Shown here piece after piece: positions 38,382 through 49,525 of a stretch of 64,000 bases of DNA. Origin of the DNA: Scyliorhinus canicula (Eukaryota); the NCBI RefSeq assembly GCF_902713615.1, contig NC_052149.1, positions 200,876,059 through 200,940,058 of the forward strand. Reading direction: 5' to 3'. Within the stretch, counting starts at the first letter, position 1. Every line of letters starts with the position of its first letter. The notes under the pieces were generated by a model. That model was not told the origin of the DNA. It saw only the letters and a list, made by a program, of their open reading frames with translations, and did no database searches. Made by a program: the position numbers and the translations under genes.

Positions 38382-39464
38382 AAAAAATAGCAGAGAGAGC
38401 ACTTGAAGAAATTGTTTGAAGAGGCTAAGTTTGCTCGCCCCAAGTACCACATATACCTTATGGAGAGGGCCATGCTGGAAACACAGAATTAGAAGAGGCA
38501 ATCTTTATGACAAGCCCACAAGAAGTCTCTGCGCATCTGCCAGAGAGGTGAACTGTTTCTTCGTCACAGAAAACTAATTCTGGGTCAGGCTAGTTCCTAG
38601 AAAGAAATCCCAATGGAGCAGAATTAGCTCATTTTTGCACGAACAAGTGCTGAGAGCACTGCATTCTTCAGTGGGAGGGAGGAGAACATGAAAATCAGTT
38701 TAGGCTTGCAGTCTTCATCACTAGCTGAAGCTTCAAGTTGGACTGTGAGCGCATTAAAACATTGAGAGATCTCTGCACAAGTTCGCAGGTTAAAAAAAAA
38801 GGCCATTGGATAAAGTGACATCATGAATCAACAACTGGAGAGGAGAAAATTGGAAATAAAACAAGAACCCATCACTTACCATGTCTGCAAAAGTGCTCTA
38901 CATCTAACTCACGATTCGTATTTTCATGAAGCATTCAGTATAAATAGTTTACTTATTTTGATACTGATGAACTTATTTCATCATTTTGTGTGAGATTTTT
39001 GATCCTTAAACAAATATAGCTTAATGCAATTGAAGTTGAGAATGGTATTTCACATTTCAACTACCATCAAGACTCTTCTGTGTGGGATTGCTGAATTTGG
39101 TTGTGCAAAGTATGAAAGTCTGTGTACTTGCAAGAAGGCAGTTATGATAGCTCTAAACTCATTTCTTTACAGGCAGCAGGCATAAGTCTGAGCTATATTT
39201 GAACCCAAGCATCAGCAGCATAACAACTATGCATTAACCTACAGCACCACCCTTTCCCAAAATATATATTTTAATTGAAGTATCTTGGGTGTACAATTGT
39301 CCATTCTTTGTGTATTTATAGCTATAATCTGTAAGTATTGCTTTGCATTGTGCAAGTTTTGTTTGAAACATGTAAAGCTCTTGAAAATGAAGAATAATTT
39401 TCTTTTTGCTGTTGGCCACCTCACTCCAACTCACCCTACAAAATCAATTAAGTTCCAATTCAAA

Positions 39465-39642
39465 GTGTTAGCACTGCTGCCTCACAGCATCCGAGGACCT
39501 GGGCTCGATCCCGGCCCCAGGTCACTGCCCTGTGTGGAGTTTGCACATTCTCCCCGTGTCTGTGTGGGTTTCACCCCCACAACCCAAAGATGTGCAGAGT
39601 TGGTGGATTGGTGACACTAAAACTGCCCTTAATTGGGAAAAA
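39465..39642 (+). mobile_element. Short HE1-related SINE (A-tail family), partial
   Basis: GTTAGCACTGCTGCCTCACAGC..CCCACAACCCAAAGATGTG..GCCCTTAATTGGG. Confidence 0.8.
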
Positions 39643-39881
39643 CATACCGTAAGAGGTGAAAAACAAAAATCAATGGGTGAACTGACGGAGACAGATGTTT
39701 ACCATTCTCACGCCGTTCTAATGGATTCTCCCGCCATTCCAATGGAAACAGTTAAGAGTGGGTGCTTGAGTTCTGTTCAACCTTTTCCAGAGAAACACTG
39801 GAAGTTTTTGTTTAGCCCCTTAGTTAACACTAAAAACAAAGCAACATGCATCATCCTGATCGACTTAACTCCATTACTCAC

Positions 39882-39962
39882 CCAAATATAACTGCATTCC
39901 AGGACATTATATTATTGTCAGAGGGTGCACCACTCACGCCAGCCGGGGGATCCTCTTGCAGC
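39882..39962 (-). CDS. UBE2B: UBE2B exon 2
   Basis: ctgactag|(R)[27 protein letters not shown]|gtgagt; 81 nt. Confidence 0.97.
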
Positions 39963-41418
39963 CTAGTCAGACAGTACATTTTAAAACACAAACTTAACAT
40001 TTCTGATTCACTAATGATAATAAATAACCTAATTACTCCACTCCCAGTGGGTTTTGTTTCACTCTATGAGCCAGTACACAGACATCTAGAGAGAGGTATG
40101 CTGACAACTTGTTGATCAGTCACTTACACTTGAATAAGTATTAGATTCAGTAATGTATTTTTTTACAGATGCAAACTGTGCAATATGACCCTGTACCAGA
40201 AATAGGAAAGGTAAAAGCAAAATTTCACCCCAGGGATCAATGAATTATGCTCATTGCAACCATTCAATATCTTCACACTCCATGAGCAGACCACCTCAGA
40301 TTATAAACTTGCCCATGTCCTGCCAATTCCTGTGACACAACCTAAATGTTAGAATATGTTGTTTGTAGCCCCTAACACTCTCCCGACTTTGCCAGTCAGA
40401 GCTAACTATAATTTAAGCTACCAGAGCTGCAAATGTTAACTTGCCATGTGATTATAAACGTCCCCCACTTCAACGACTGATTAGGGCGGTTTTCAATAAT
40501 CTAGAGCGAAATGAAAACCAACTCATATGACTACAGAAATTATTGGAACATGCTCCATGTTCATAATAGTCTTAAAATAGATTCTAAACAAGCTATTTTT
40601 AGAAAATAGACAGCATAAATAGAGGTTGAGCTTATATCTCTGTTTAATGATTAAGAGCCAGTACCCTCTTTTTAAATAAGCCCAACAAGACCTTTATTAC
40701 ATTATGTTATATGCTTAATTTATGATATCTGCTTTTACCAAAATTCACATTATCCAAAAAGTAGATAAAACATCATCTAGGCTTTTTTTGGGGCTGAGAA
40801 TGAGCGCATTTGTTTTATGAATTATGATCGTTACATATTCCTCTACATTGCTTCCATATCAGAAACGACATGGGTTAATTGCTGTGCAAGATTCTACGTA
40901 ATTACATTGTCTAGTACTTCCAGGTCAGAGTGGCCTTTGCCCCAACACCAAACCTTAGCCTGACTTTCAAAAGAGCCTCTTCTCCTGCAACAGTGTGATT
41001 AAACTCGAAATATATCTGCTTCCTTCCTACTCACTTCAAGTATTTATCTTCCTAGGATATGTAGAAGCTACAGTCTGGTTGGGGAGGGGGACGGTGAGGG
41101 TGTTGGTGGACAATATAAAGGTCTGCATAGGCCAGTGGTGTAGAGAATGATGGGTGATAGTTTTCTCAAAATTTCCCACAGCACTTACTCTCCTTTGAGG
41201 TCTCACTTCCCTATAGTGTAGCATAACAGAAGTCAGAAGGTCAAAGCAGTTGTTTGGAAATAAACTCACTCCTCCCCACCTTAAACAGCTGTACTTTAAC
41301 ATGTTGGTCTGGATTATGGTTATTTTCAATAGTCCTACAAACTAACCGATAACAACTTCCAGTTAATGAATCAGTATGCAAGGTCCTCTGATGACTCAAT
41401 ACAAGACATTATTCTTGA

Positions 41419-41720
41419 ATAATAATAATCTTTATTGTCAGAAGTAGGCTTACATTAACACTGCAATGAAGTTACTGTGAAAATCCCCTAGTAGCCACAC
41501 GCTGGCACCTGTTCGGGTACACCGAGGGAGAATTCAGAATGTTCAATTCACCCAACAAGCACGTCTTTCAGGACTTGTGGGAGGAAACTGGAGCACCCAG
41601 AGGAAACCCACGCAGACACAGGGTGGACGTGCAGACTCTGCAGAGTGTGACCCAAGCCGGGAATCGAACCTAGTACCCTGGTGCTGTGAAGCAACAGTGC
41701 TAGCCACTGTGCTATCGTGC
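41419..41720 (-). mobile_element. HE1-headed SINE with Rex1-like tail and (ATT)n end
   Basis: Same chimera as 11166-11430; ends CTGACAATAAAGATTATTATTATT on the - strand. Confidence 0.88.
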
Positions 41721-41893
41721 TCAGAAGTAATGTCAGTCACAGGTTCAATTCCCCAGTCTGTGCAAACTTGAAACAAAGATTTGGTAAAGAGAAAGGGTAC
41801 AAATCTCGTTAAAAATCAGCCAAGGAACCCACTCTCAATAATCAACAGTTAAAGCTGATCTGGATATTAGACCAGAGAAGGATCACACTAGTC

Positions 41894-41951
41894 GTGGGTG
41901 GCATGGACAAGCTGGGCTGAAGGGCCTGTTTCCATGCTGTAAACATCTATG
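41894..41951 (+). mobile_element. Extremely 5'-truncated CR1 insertion (tail only) with 7-bp TSD
   Basis: GGCATGGACAAGCTGGGCTGAAGGGCCTGTTTCCATGCTGTA flanked by ACTAGTC (41887-41893 / 41952-41958). Confidence 0.7.
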
Positions 41952-44625
41952 ACTAGTCATCAATATTCTATAGTGTCCAATAGTTTGTACGCACTCATCA
42001 CTGATGAATTACAGTTAATTGGGTGAAGGATCATGACCCAGAGAAGGAATTAAAGTCTTGGTAAAGAGGGGAAGTTGAAGAGAAGATGATAATTTTAATG
42101 CCAGACATTTTGAAACACACAAGATAGATTTAGAAGAATAACTCCCGATTTAGCAGGGACAATCTGAATATAGGACTGGCAAAAAGATAGCAAAAACTCC
42201 TGAGCAGTTCCTGTACACGTTACTCAGTTAAGACAAAATATGAAACACTGCCTTTTCTGTCATCCTTGATAAAACACAATCCAAAATTCAGAGGACGGAC
42301 AATTTTTTCTGGTCCTTCAGCACTGCTAATATAAATTGCCCACATAGAGAACACAAAGCAGAGGTTCGGAACTTAATGTCTTGGTTGTGAGAAAAACTAT
42401 TATAAAACTGTTTCACCAATGTAAAATCCTCATTCATCTACAAATCACTCTGGTCTCACTGCATCACCATAACAACATCTGAATTTATATTCACTCGTGC
42501 CTCCCTTTTATATTTCCTCCCTCCAATCCAATAACGACAGAATCTTCAGTCAACTTGACCCTACTTGATCAAAGTCCCTTGACCTTACTTCATTTCTCAC
42601 TGCCCTTGAAAGAAAACCCTTGTCACCCAACTCTCCCACAAAAGTTTGGTGCTTATGTCTTCGACCTGCTGCGCCCCTCCCTCGCAGAGTCTCTAGAGGG
42701 GTTCATTTATTTTACTAAACATTTTGTGAAAATTATATTGCTTTTTTTTCCAACAAGTTACACAAGAAGCCTTTACTAATGTGTGGTTCCAAGATTAAGA
42801 TTAAAGGAACAGTGATGTAAGCAAGGAGCCAAGTTAATCCGCTGTAGTAGACCAAGTAATCAGATTCCTGAAGCAGGGAGGACCACAGTACTCCATAACG
42901 TTATTAATGATTGAGCAGACAACCTCATTCACTAATGAAACCCACGGCCAAGATACTTGGCATTGCTTACAGATAACCATTCAAAGGAAACACCAATGAC
43001 TGGTGAAGCAGCAAGGTGCTGGTAAGCTGTATGGTTTTAATTGATTATACTCCACATGGGGATGGTAACTAAACTGGAGCCCTAATATCTCTAGACTTGA
43101 GGCATAATGGTGCCCTCCATATTTGCGAGTGCAGATTGCTCAGTAACTTGATGAAATGCTGCATGCCAGACACCTGCTGAAAATTTTTTTTAAAAACGGT
43201 GTAGAAACAGTGACTACACTTCAAAAGGTAACTGAGTTTGAAGAATTGGGAGATGAATTGAGAATATGAAAAGACACAATTCAAGTTTTTTTGTTAAATA
43301 TAGCAAACTTCTCAAAGCTCACAGAAGAAACAAGTTTCAATGTATTCTTGCAGAACTTCCATCAATTGCTCCCTTACCATCAACAGTCATTAACTTGCCA
43401 TGATTCACCTTGGAACGTATGAAGAGGAACTTCAAATACAGATATTCTAGTTACATCAGTTGACAGGAAAAGTGTAACATACAATCTCTCCCACATTCAC
43501 TTCAAAAAATTACTCCCACCTGCACTTTAAAAAGTTCAACATATCCAGGGAGTTTAAAAAAAAATCCTAATATTTTTTCCACACCGCAATTGAAGTTCTA
43601 TAGGGCCAAGTAAAACTATAATGGTGATTGGCGATGCATGCACTGGCCCATTCGAACGATGAAAATATTCAGCAATTAAAATGTTTTATTTTCAAAATGT
43701 GGCTGAACTAAATTGCACTAGAGTGAAGGACTGGTAGTTATACATTTGGCAGTGGTGTTACTTGCAGCTTGAGTAAAAAGGTTAAGAATCATACTAAAAT
43801 TTCACTTTGTGAATACATTATCCAGTGTGGCATTGCGCCAACCTGACCCGGTTCAATGAACTCTGTCAAAATGAGCTCATCTCAGCTAATTTAGCAGTTG
43901 AGGCAGTTTATTTGGTTCTAAAATATGTACCCTACACTTTATATAGAGTAACTTCAGTAATCTCGGGGTGTCCTAAATCACAATACACACTTGTCAGTCA
44001 GTGTTCCTCACTGGAAAGCGCAAGGCAGGGTTGTGCCAGCACATATTGTCCGCGCTCACTCATGAGGGATGGCAATGTAGACAATGCAACACAGAGCTGC
44101 TGCGATCAGTGGAGCCACTCGACCGGCAGCAAGGGGAAACTGGTGGTAGGGAGGGAGATAGACGAAGCCCAGTGCAAAGTGGTTGGGCACACTTTGCCTA
44201 CAATAATCCAACAATCACAAACTCCACAACAACACGCCGAACTGCTTCGCCAGTTTGAAGGGCAGAACTTGCCAAATCAATTTCCAGCACACCTCACTTT
44301 GCTAGCTCACAGACGGAACAAAGAGAATGACAAACTCGCACTTGCTGGCAGGGATCTCTAACCTTGTTGTTTGGTATCCTTTACTGAGGCAGGCAAATTA
44401 ACCGAGGTAACGAAAGTCAACACCATCAATACACTCACACACTGCACTTTCCCGGCAGCTGCTGCACCCGAACCTCTAACACAGGAAGGAGGAGGCCTCC
44501 TTCACATTCACCCACAGCAGGGCACAATGCTGGAGCCCAGCGACACCAGAGGCCTGGCGCGCACAGACAGAGCCGGGCGAGGCCCCCACGGACAAACTCC
44601 CCCACCCGCGCTCCCCGTCCTTCAC

Positions 44626-44669
44626 CTTTTGAAGTCCCTCATCAGCCGCCGCCTCGCCGGGGTGGACAT
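44626..44669 (-). CDS. UBE2B: UBE2B coding exon 1
   Basis: gttaccATG TCC ACC CCG GCG AGG CGG CGG CTG ATG AGG GAC TTC AAA AG|gtgaag = MSTPARRRLMRDFK(R); 44 nt. Confidence 0.97.
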
Positions 44670-44789
44670 GGTAACGCCGAGGGTCGAGCCGCGGCCAAGC
44701 CACTAGCCACAAGTCTGTGCGTTCTCAATGTTTCCAGATTCACAGCAGCAGCCCGCTGGGTTCCGGATTCGGCCCGACCCCGACGCTCT

Positions 44790-45250
44790 TGCCCCGGCCG
44801 GCCCCGCCCCCGGGCTCGCCCCCTCCCCCCAGCCCCGCCCCCGGGCTCGCCCCCTCCCCCCAGCCCCGCCCCCGGGCTCGCCCCCTGCCCCCAGCCCCGC
44901 CCCCCACAGGCTCGCTCCCTGCCCCCAGCCCCGCCCCCCACGGGCTCGCTCCCAGACCCGCCCCGCGCGGGCTCACTCCCAGCCCCGACCCCCCACGAGC
45001 TCGCTCCCTCGCCCAGCCCCGCCCCCCACGGGCTCGCTCCCTCGCCCAGCCCCGCCCCCCACGGGCTCGCTCCCGGCCCCGCCGCTCCACGGGTTCACTC
45101 CCAGCCCCGCCCCCCGCGGGCTCGCCCCCTCCCCCAGCCCCGCCCCCCCTACGGGCTCGCTCCCAGCCCCGCCCCCCACGGGCTCGCCCCCAGCCCCGCC
45201 CCCGCCCCCCCCCCGCCCCCGCCCCGCCCCCGCTCTCCCTCCCCCCGCCC
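44790..45250. repeat. GC-rich minisatellite, ~28-33-bp unit, ~14 imperfect copies
   Basis: Unit approximately CCCAGCCCCGCCCCCCACGGGCTCGCTCCC(T); each contains a GC box CCCCGCCCC. Confidence 0.9.
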
Positions 45251-45419
45251 CCTGGACTCGCTCTCACCTACCCCTGGGTTAACTCACCTTCTCAGCCCCG
45301 CCCCCCCGCGCCCTCTCCCCGCCCCCGATCCTAGCCCCGCCCCGAGCTTCCCCTCTCCCGCTCCCAACCCCGCCCCACCGCTCTCCCCTGTCAGTCATCA
45401 TCCCCCCTCCTCTGGCGGC

Positions 45420-45550
45420 ATCGGCCAATGGCCAAACCCGGATTAACTCCGCCAGCCAATCACCTTTAACGCCGCTCCAATCGCCAATTAGCGCGCAGGT
45501 CCGATTCACCAATCAAAACCACTCTCCGTCCCCTCTCACCCAATCAAAAT
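45420..45550. promoter_or_regulatory. Cluster of six CCAAT boxes in the UBE2B promoter
   Basis: CCAAT at 45425, 45456, 45477, 45484, 45509 and 45540, all in the same orientation. Confidence 0.75.
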
Positions 45551-45734
45551 TCAGCTCTTCACTGACGCAGGAACAGATCCAACAGAGTAGGGCCAGCGCG
45601 GAGCCGTCCACTGCCCTGTATGGGGGGTTCCAGTTATCAGCGCACCTCGTTCTCTCACTTTTTCCTCCGTCTCCCGAAGTTGGATTTTAATTCCCATGAA
45701 TAAGATAGGTTTGGAATTCTGGTAGGAAATAAAT

Positions 45735-46300
45735 CATTTTCCGGAAGACACATCTTTACGGTTCTACGGGCGAGATCAGGCACATACACACCCCTCCCCC
45801 CTCCTGACAGAAAGATGCAGCCGGCACGTCACCCGGCTTTTGACGCAATCGAGATTGCTGAGAACATCCAGACGTCCAGACGTCACTTGGCAACGGCGGG
45901 CGCGGCGCGCGGGGGAGGGGAGAGTGGGCGGTGCCTCTCAGAGTGGGCGATGCCGCTCAGAGTGGGCGGGGTCTGAAAGAGATGGGCGCGGCTTGCAGGA
46001 GGTAGGCGTGACTTGGAGGGAATGGGCGTGGCTTCAGGGGCCGGCCAGGCAGATGGGTCGGAAGTGGCGCTTTCCCTTCCCTGCACATTGTCTCTCTCTC
46101 TCTTTCTCTCTCAGGGTGGGCTTGGGGACAGCTGAGCTCCGGGGCTTGGGCAATGGGTTAAATGAATGACCTCCGGGGCCGTGCGCCTGGGCCGGCTCCG
46201 GGTTCCAGAGTCGGGTATGGGAACTCCAAATTCTATTGTTTGTAGTAACCACCGGAGTTGCTATGGGAGCGGCCGAGAGAGAGAGAGCCCAGGCATTATT
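45735..46300 (+). promoter_or_regulatory. Second promoter module in the CpG island (probable divergent gene)
   Basis: ETS CCGGAAG (45741) and CGGAAGTG (46059-46066); CRE-like CGTCA/TGACG (45827, 45841, 45881); X-box-like GTCACTTGGCAAC (45882-45894) and GTTGCTATGGGAGC (46257-46270); GC boxes. Confidence 0.6.
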
Positions 46301-46689
46301 CACACTGTGAGAACAGAAAGACCAGATCACAAACCATTCGCAGGCAGGGCGATGGGCGTGGGACCAACGCGAGCCTCTTGAATAAGTGTAACATTGACCC
46401 CCCGGTCAGTTGGAAAGCAGAGCAAATATTGCACCCGCTGCGTTTTAGCCATCGACCGAATGGATTTTGTTTTGCTCCGCTGATTAGGAAAAAGAAAACA
46501 TAAATTCACGAATCATCGCAGGATGGATGTGCCTGAGCACCACGTTAGACTACTGGATTTTCAATGATTAGACTCATTCTTACGTAGGTGGGTAGTAGAA
46601 ACAGATGTTTTATATTTCACAGAACCAGGATGGTGCAGATGAGGAGCCTAGGGGTGTTAGCAAGAGTCAATTAATTTAAAGTGGCACTG

Positions 46690-46930
46690 TAGCATCTCAG
46701 CGGATCAGACACCACATCTGAGGCCAGAGAAAGAAACATAGTTAACCTTGGGAAACGTTAACCCTGTTTCTCTCTCCACACAGAGCCAAAGGCAGGTACA
46801 TGGAGTTAGGCCACAGATCAGAAATGGCGGGACAGGCTTGAGGGGCTGAATGGCCTACTCTTGGTCTTATGTTCCTAGATGTTGAGTATTTCTAACATTT
46901 TCTGTTTTTTTTATTTCATCCACAGTGCTT
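46690..46930. mobile_element. Penelope-derived inverted terminal remnant with a CR1 tail inserted (46785-46876)
   Basis: AGAGAAAGAAACATAGTTAAC..GAAACGTTAACCCTGTTTCTCTCTCCAC quasi-palindrome; resembles 49145-49250. Confidence 0.5.
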
Positions 46931-47164
46931 GTCACATTGTCGCATCTGCTATGCATCTACCAAATACTCAACCCATACTACATAAGAATGGCATACTCCA
47001 TAACCACTCAAACCAACATACAAGAAAGACTTATACTTACACAGTGTTATAATCCCTGTAGCGACCAATAACTTTAAGAAACATAATTTCTTAATGGCCA
47101 ATGCAATTGAATCACACAAGATTTCATGTTTGAAGACTTCTACTGTAACAAATAAACTAAACTA

Positions 47165-48213
47165 CTGACAAGCTGGTTGACAAACTGGCCTTTGACAAGG
47201 TGCCGTACAGGAGGCTGCTAAATAAGATATGAGCCGATGGTGTTAGGGGCAAGGTACTGGCATGGATAGAGGATTGGTTGACTGGCAGGAAGCAGAATAA
47301 AGGGTCCTTTTCAGGATGGCAGCCAGTGACTAGTAGTGTTCCGCAGGGGTCAGTGTTGGGACAACAGCAATTCACAATATAATGATCTGAAAGAAGGAAG
47401 TGAGGGCATTGTCGGTATGTTTGCAGATAATACAAAGATATGTAGAGGGACAGGTTGTGTTCAGGAAGCAGAGAGGCTGCAGAAGGACCTGGACAGGCTA
47501 AGAGGGTGGCCAAAAAAGTGACAGATGGAATACAATGTAGAAATTGGTAGGAAGAATAGCGGCATAGACTATTTTCTAAATGGGGAAAGGCTCCGGAAAT
47601 CAGAAACCCAAAGGGACTTAGGAGTCCTTTTTCAGAATTCTCTTTAGGTTAACATGCAGGTTCAGTTGGCAGTTATGAAGGCAAATGCAATGTTAGCATT
47701 CATGTCGAGAGGGCTGGAATACAAGAGCAGGGATGCACTATTGAGCCTGTATAAGGCACTGGTCAGACCCCATTTGGATGATATGAGGAGCAGTTGAGGA
47801 CTCTGGATCTGTACTCAATGAAGTTTAGAAGGATGAGGGAGGGGAGCTTATTGTAATTTACAGAACACTGAGAAGCCTAAAGAGAGTGGACGCGAAGAGG
47901 ATGTTTCCACTAGTAGGAGAAACTAGAACCCGAGGGCACAGCCTCAGAATGAAGGGATGATCCTTTAAAACCGAGATGAGGAGGAATTTCTTCAGCCAGA
48001 GGGTGGTGAATCTGGAACTCATTGCCGCAGAAGGTTGTGGAGGCCAAGTCACTGAGTGTCTTTAAGACAGAGATAGATAGGTTCTTGATTAATAAGGGGA
48101 TCGGGGGTTATGGGGAGAAGGCAGGAGAATGGGGATGAGGAACATGTCAGTTATGATTGAATGGCAGAGCATACTTCATGGGCCGAATGGCCTAATTCTT
48201 CTCCTATGTCTTA
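47165..48213 (+). mobile_element. Moderately decayed CR1 LINE (RT C-terminal half to tail)
   Basis: AFDKVPYRRLL, SVPQGSVLG, MFADNTK, LQKDLDRL, LYKALVRPHL and GGGCCGAATGGCCTAATTCT..CCTATGTCTTAT tail. Confidence 0.85.
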
Positions 48214-48219
48214 TAGTCT

Positions 48220-49255
48220 AAATTTACCTTCTTCAATCTGTTCCATTGCATTTGCTGCTCCAAATGCGGTCTATCAACATTGGAGAGACTAAAACGCAGA
48301 TTGGGTGACCTCTTTGCAGAACACCTTCGGTCCATCAGCAAGCAGGACCCAGAGCTCTTGTCGCTTGGCATCTGAACACAGCGTCCTGATCTCATGTCCA
48401 CATGTCTGCCCTTGACCTGCTGCAATGTTCCAGTGAAGCCCAGTGCAAACTGGAGGGACAGCACCTTGCATTCCGATTAGGCACTTTACAGCCTTCCGGA
48501 CTTAACGTTTTACCAGCTTCAGACTGTGAACTTTCTCCTCACCTTCACCCCATTTTTATTTCCATCAATTTATTTTTGTTTCTTCCATCAATCTGTTTTC
48601 CCCCCTACCACCGTCTCCCCTCTCCCAGCTCACCCCACTAGGACCATCTCTTACCTGTTCCAAGTCATCCCTTGACCCTGCCTACTTTTGTTCAGCCATT
48701 AACACATTATGATCTCTTCTTCTTTTCTTTTTTAAATAAATTTAGAGTACTCAATTCAGTTTTTCCAATTAAGGGGCAATTTAGCGGGGTCAATCCACCT
48801 ACCCTGCTCATCTTTTGTTGTGGGGGCGAAACCCACGCAAACATGGGGAGAATGTGCAAACTCCACACGGACAGTGACCCAGAGCCGGGATCGAATCTGG
48901 GACCTCGGCGCCATGAGGCACATTCTGATCTCTTAATCTGCCACTATCAGCACCCTTCTTCATCATTATCACTACCATTTACATTCCCTTTGTCTTTTTG
49001 TCCACATCATCTTTGTCAATCTTTCCCTAGTCTCCACCTATCACTGGTCCACTATCTAGCCCACTGCTCCACCCCCCACCCAGAACTGTATAAATCTCAT
49101 CCTATTTCCAGTTCTTTCTAGCTTTGACAAAGAGTCATCCAGACTTGAAATGTTAGTTCCCTTCTCTCTCCACAAATGCTGCCAGACTTGCTGAGATTTT
49201 CCAGCATTTTCTGTTGTTGTTTCAGATTCAAGCATCCACAGTAATCTGCTTTTAA
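48220..49255 (+). mobile_element. Penelope-like element 3' part (GIY-YIG + terminal repeat with decayed hammerhead motif), interrupted by a SINE
   Basis: SSNLFHCICCSKCGL..IGETKRRLGDLFAEHLRS and KLEGQHLAFRLGTLQPSGLN; terminal region with TTGACAA-GAGTC/GACTT-GAAA. Confidence 0.8.
48719..48918 (-). mobile_element. 5'-truncated short SINE (A-tail family) with 16-bp TSD
   Basis: TSD CACATTATGATCTCTT (48703-48718) / CACATTCTGATCTCTT (48919-48934); target reads TT/AAGA on the - strand. Confidence 0.85.
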
Positions 49256-49525
49256 GCTAAAATTGATATTGACTAAACATCACTTGGTAGGCAACTAATA
49301 CACTCAACTACAGAAAATGTATTCCCCATTAACTTCTTAACACAATTGAAAAGCCCATGCCAACTTTACGTATTACATTAATTGTCAGCAGAAATGTAGT
49401 GCTTGGTTTAAATCCCAATCTCTCCAGGCTCTACCAGTGTGAATCTTCCACTGTCTTTTTAAATAAAGTCCCTCCACTAAGCCTTCTGGGCATAGTTAAA
49501 TGGACTTAGCACCCTTGGTGACTCC

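Noticed and set aside
38934-38984. C/D box snoRNA (ATGATGA...CTGA on the - strand) or hammerhead (CTGATGA on +) in UBE2B intron 2
   Set aside because: Only ~50 nt from box C to box D, no terminal stem or evident guide, and no matching GAAA core. Only a 7-bp hairpin is present.
43825-44361. 178-aa + strand ORF in UBE2B intron 1
   Set aside because: Non-ATG start, no recognisable domain, antisense within an intron; likely chance.
44717-45334. Pro/Arg/Gly-rich ORFs of 175-205 aa on both strands
   Set aside because: By-product of the stop-free GC minisatellite.
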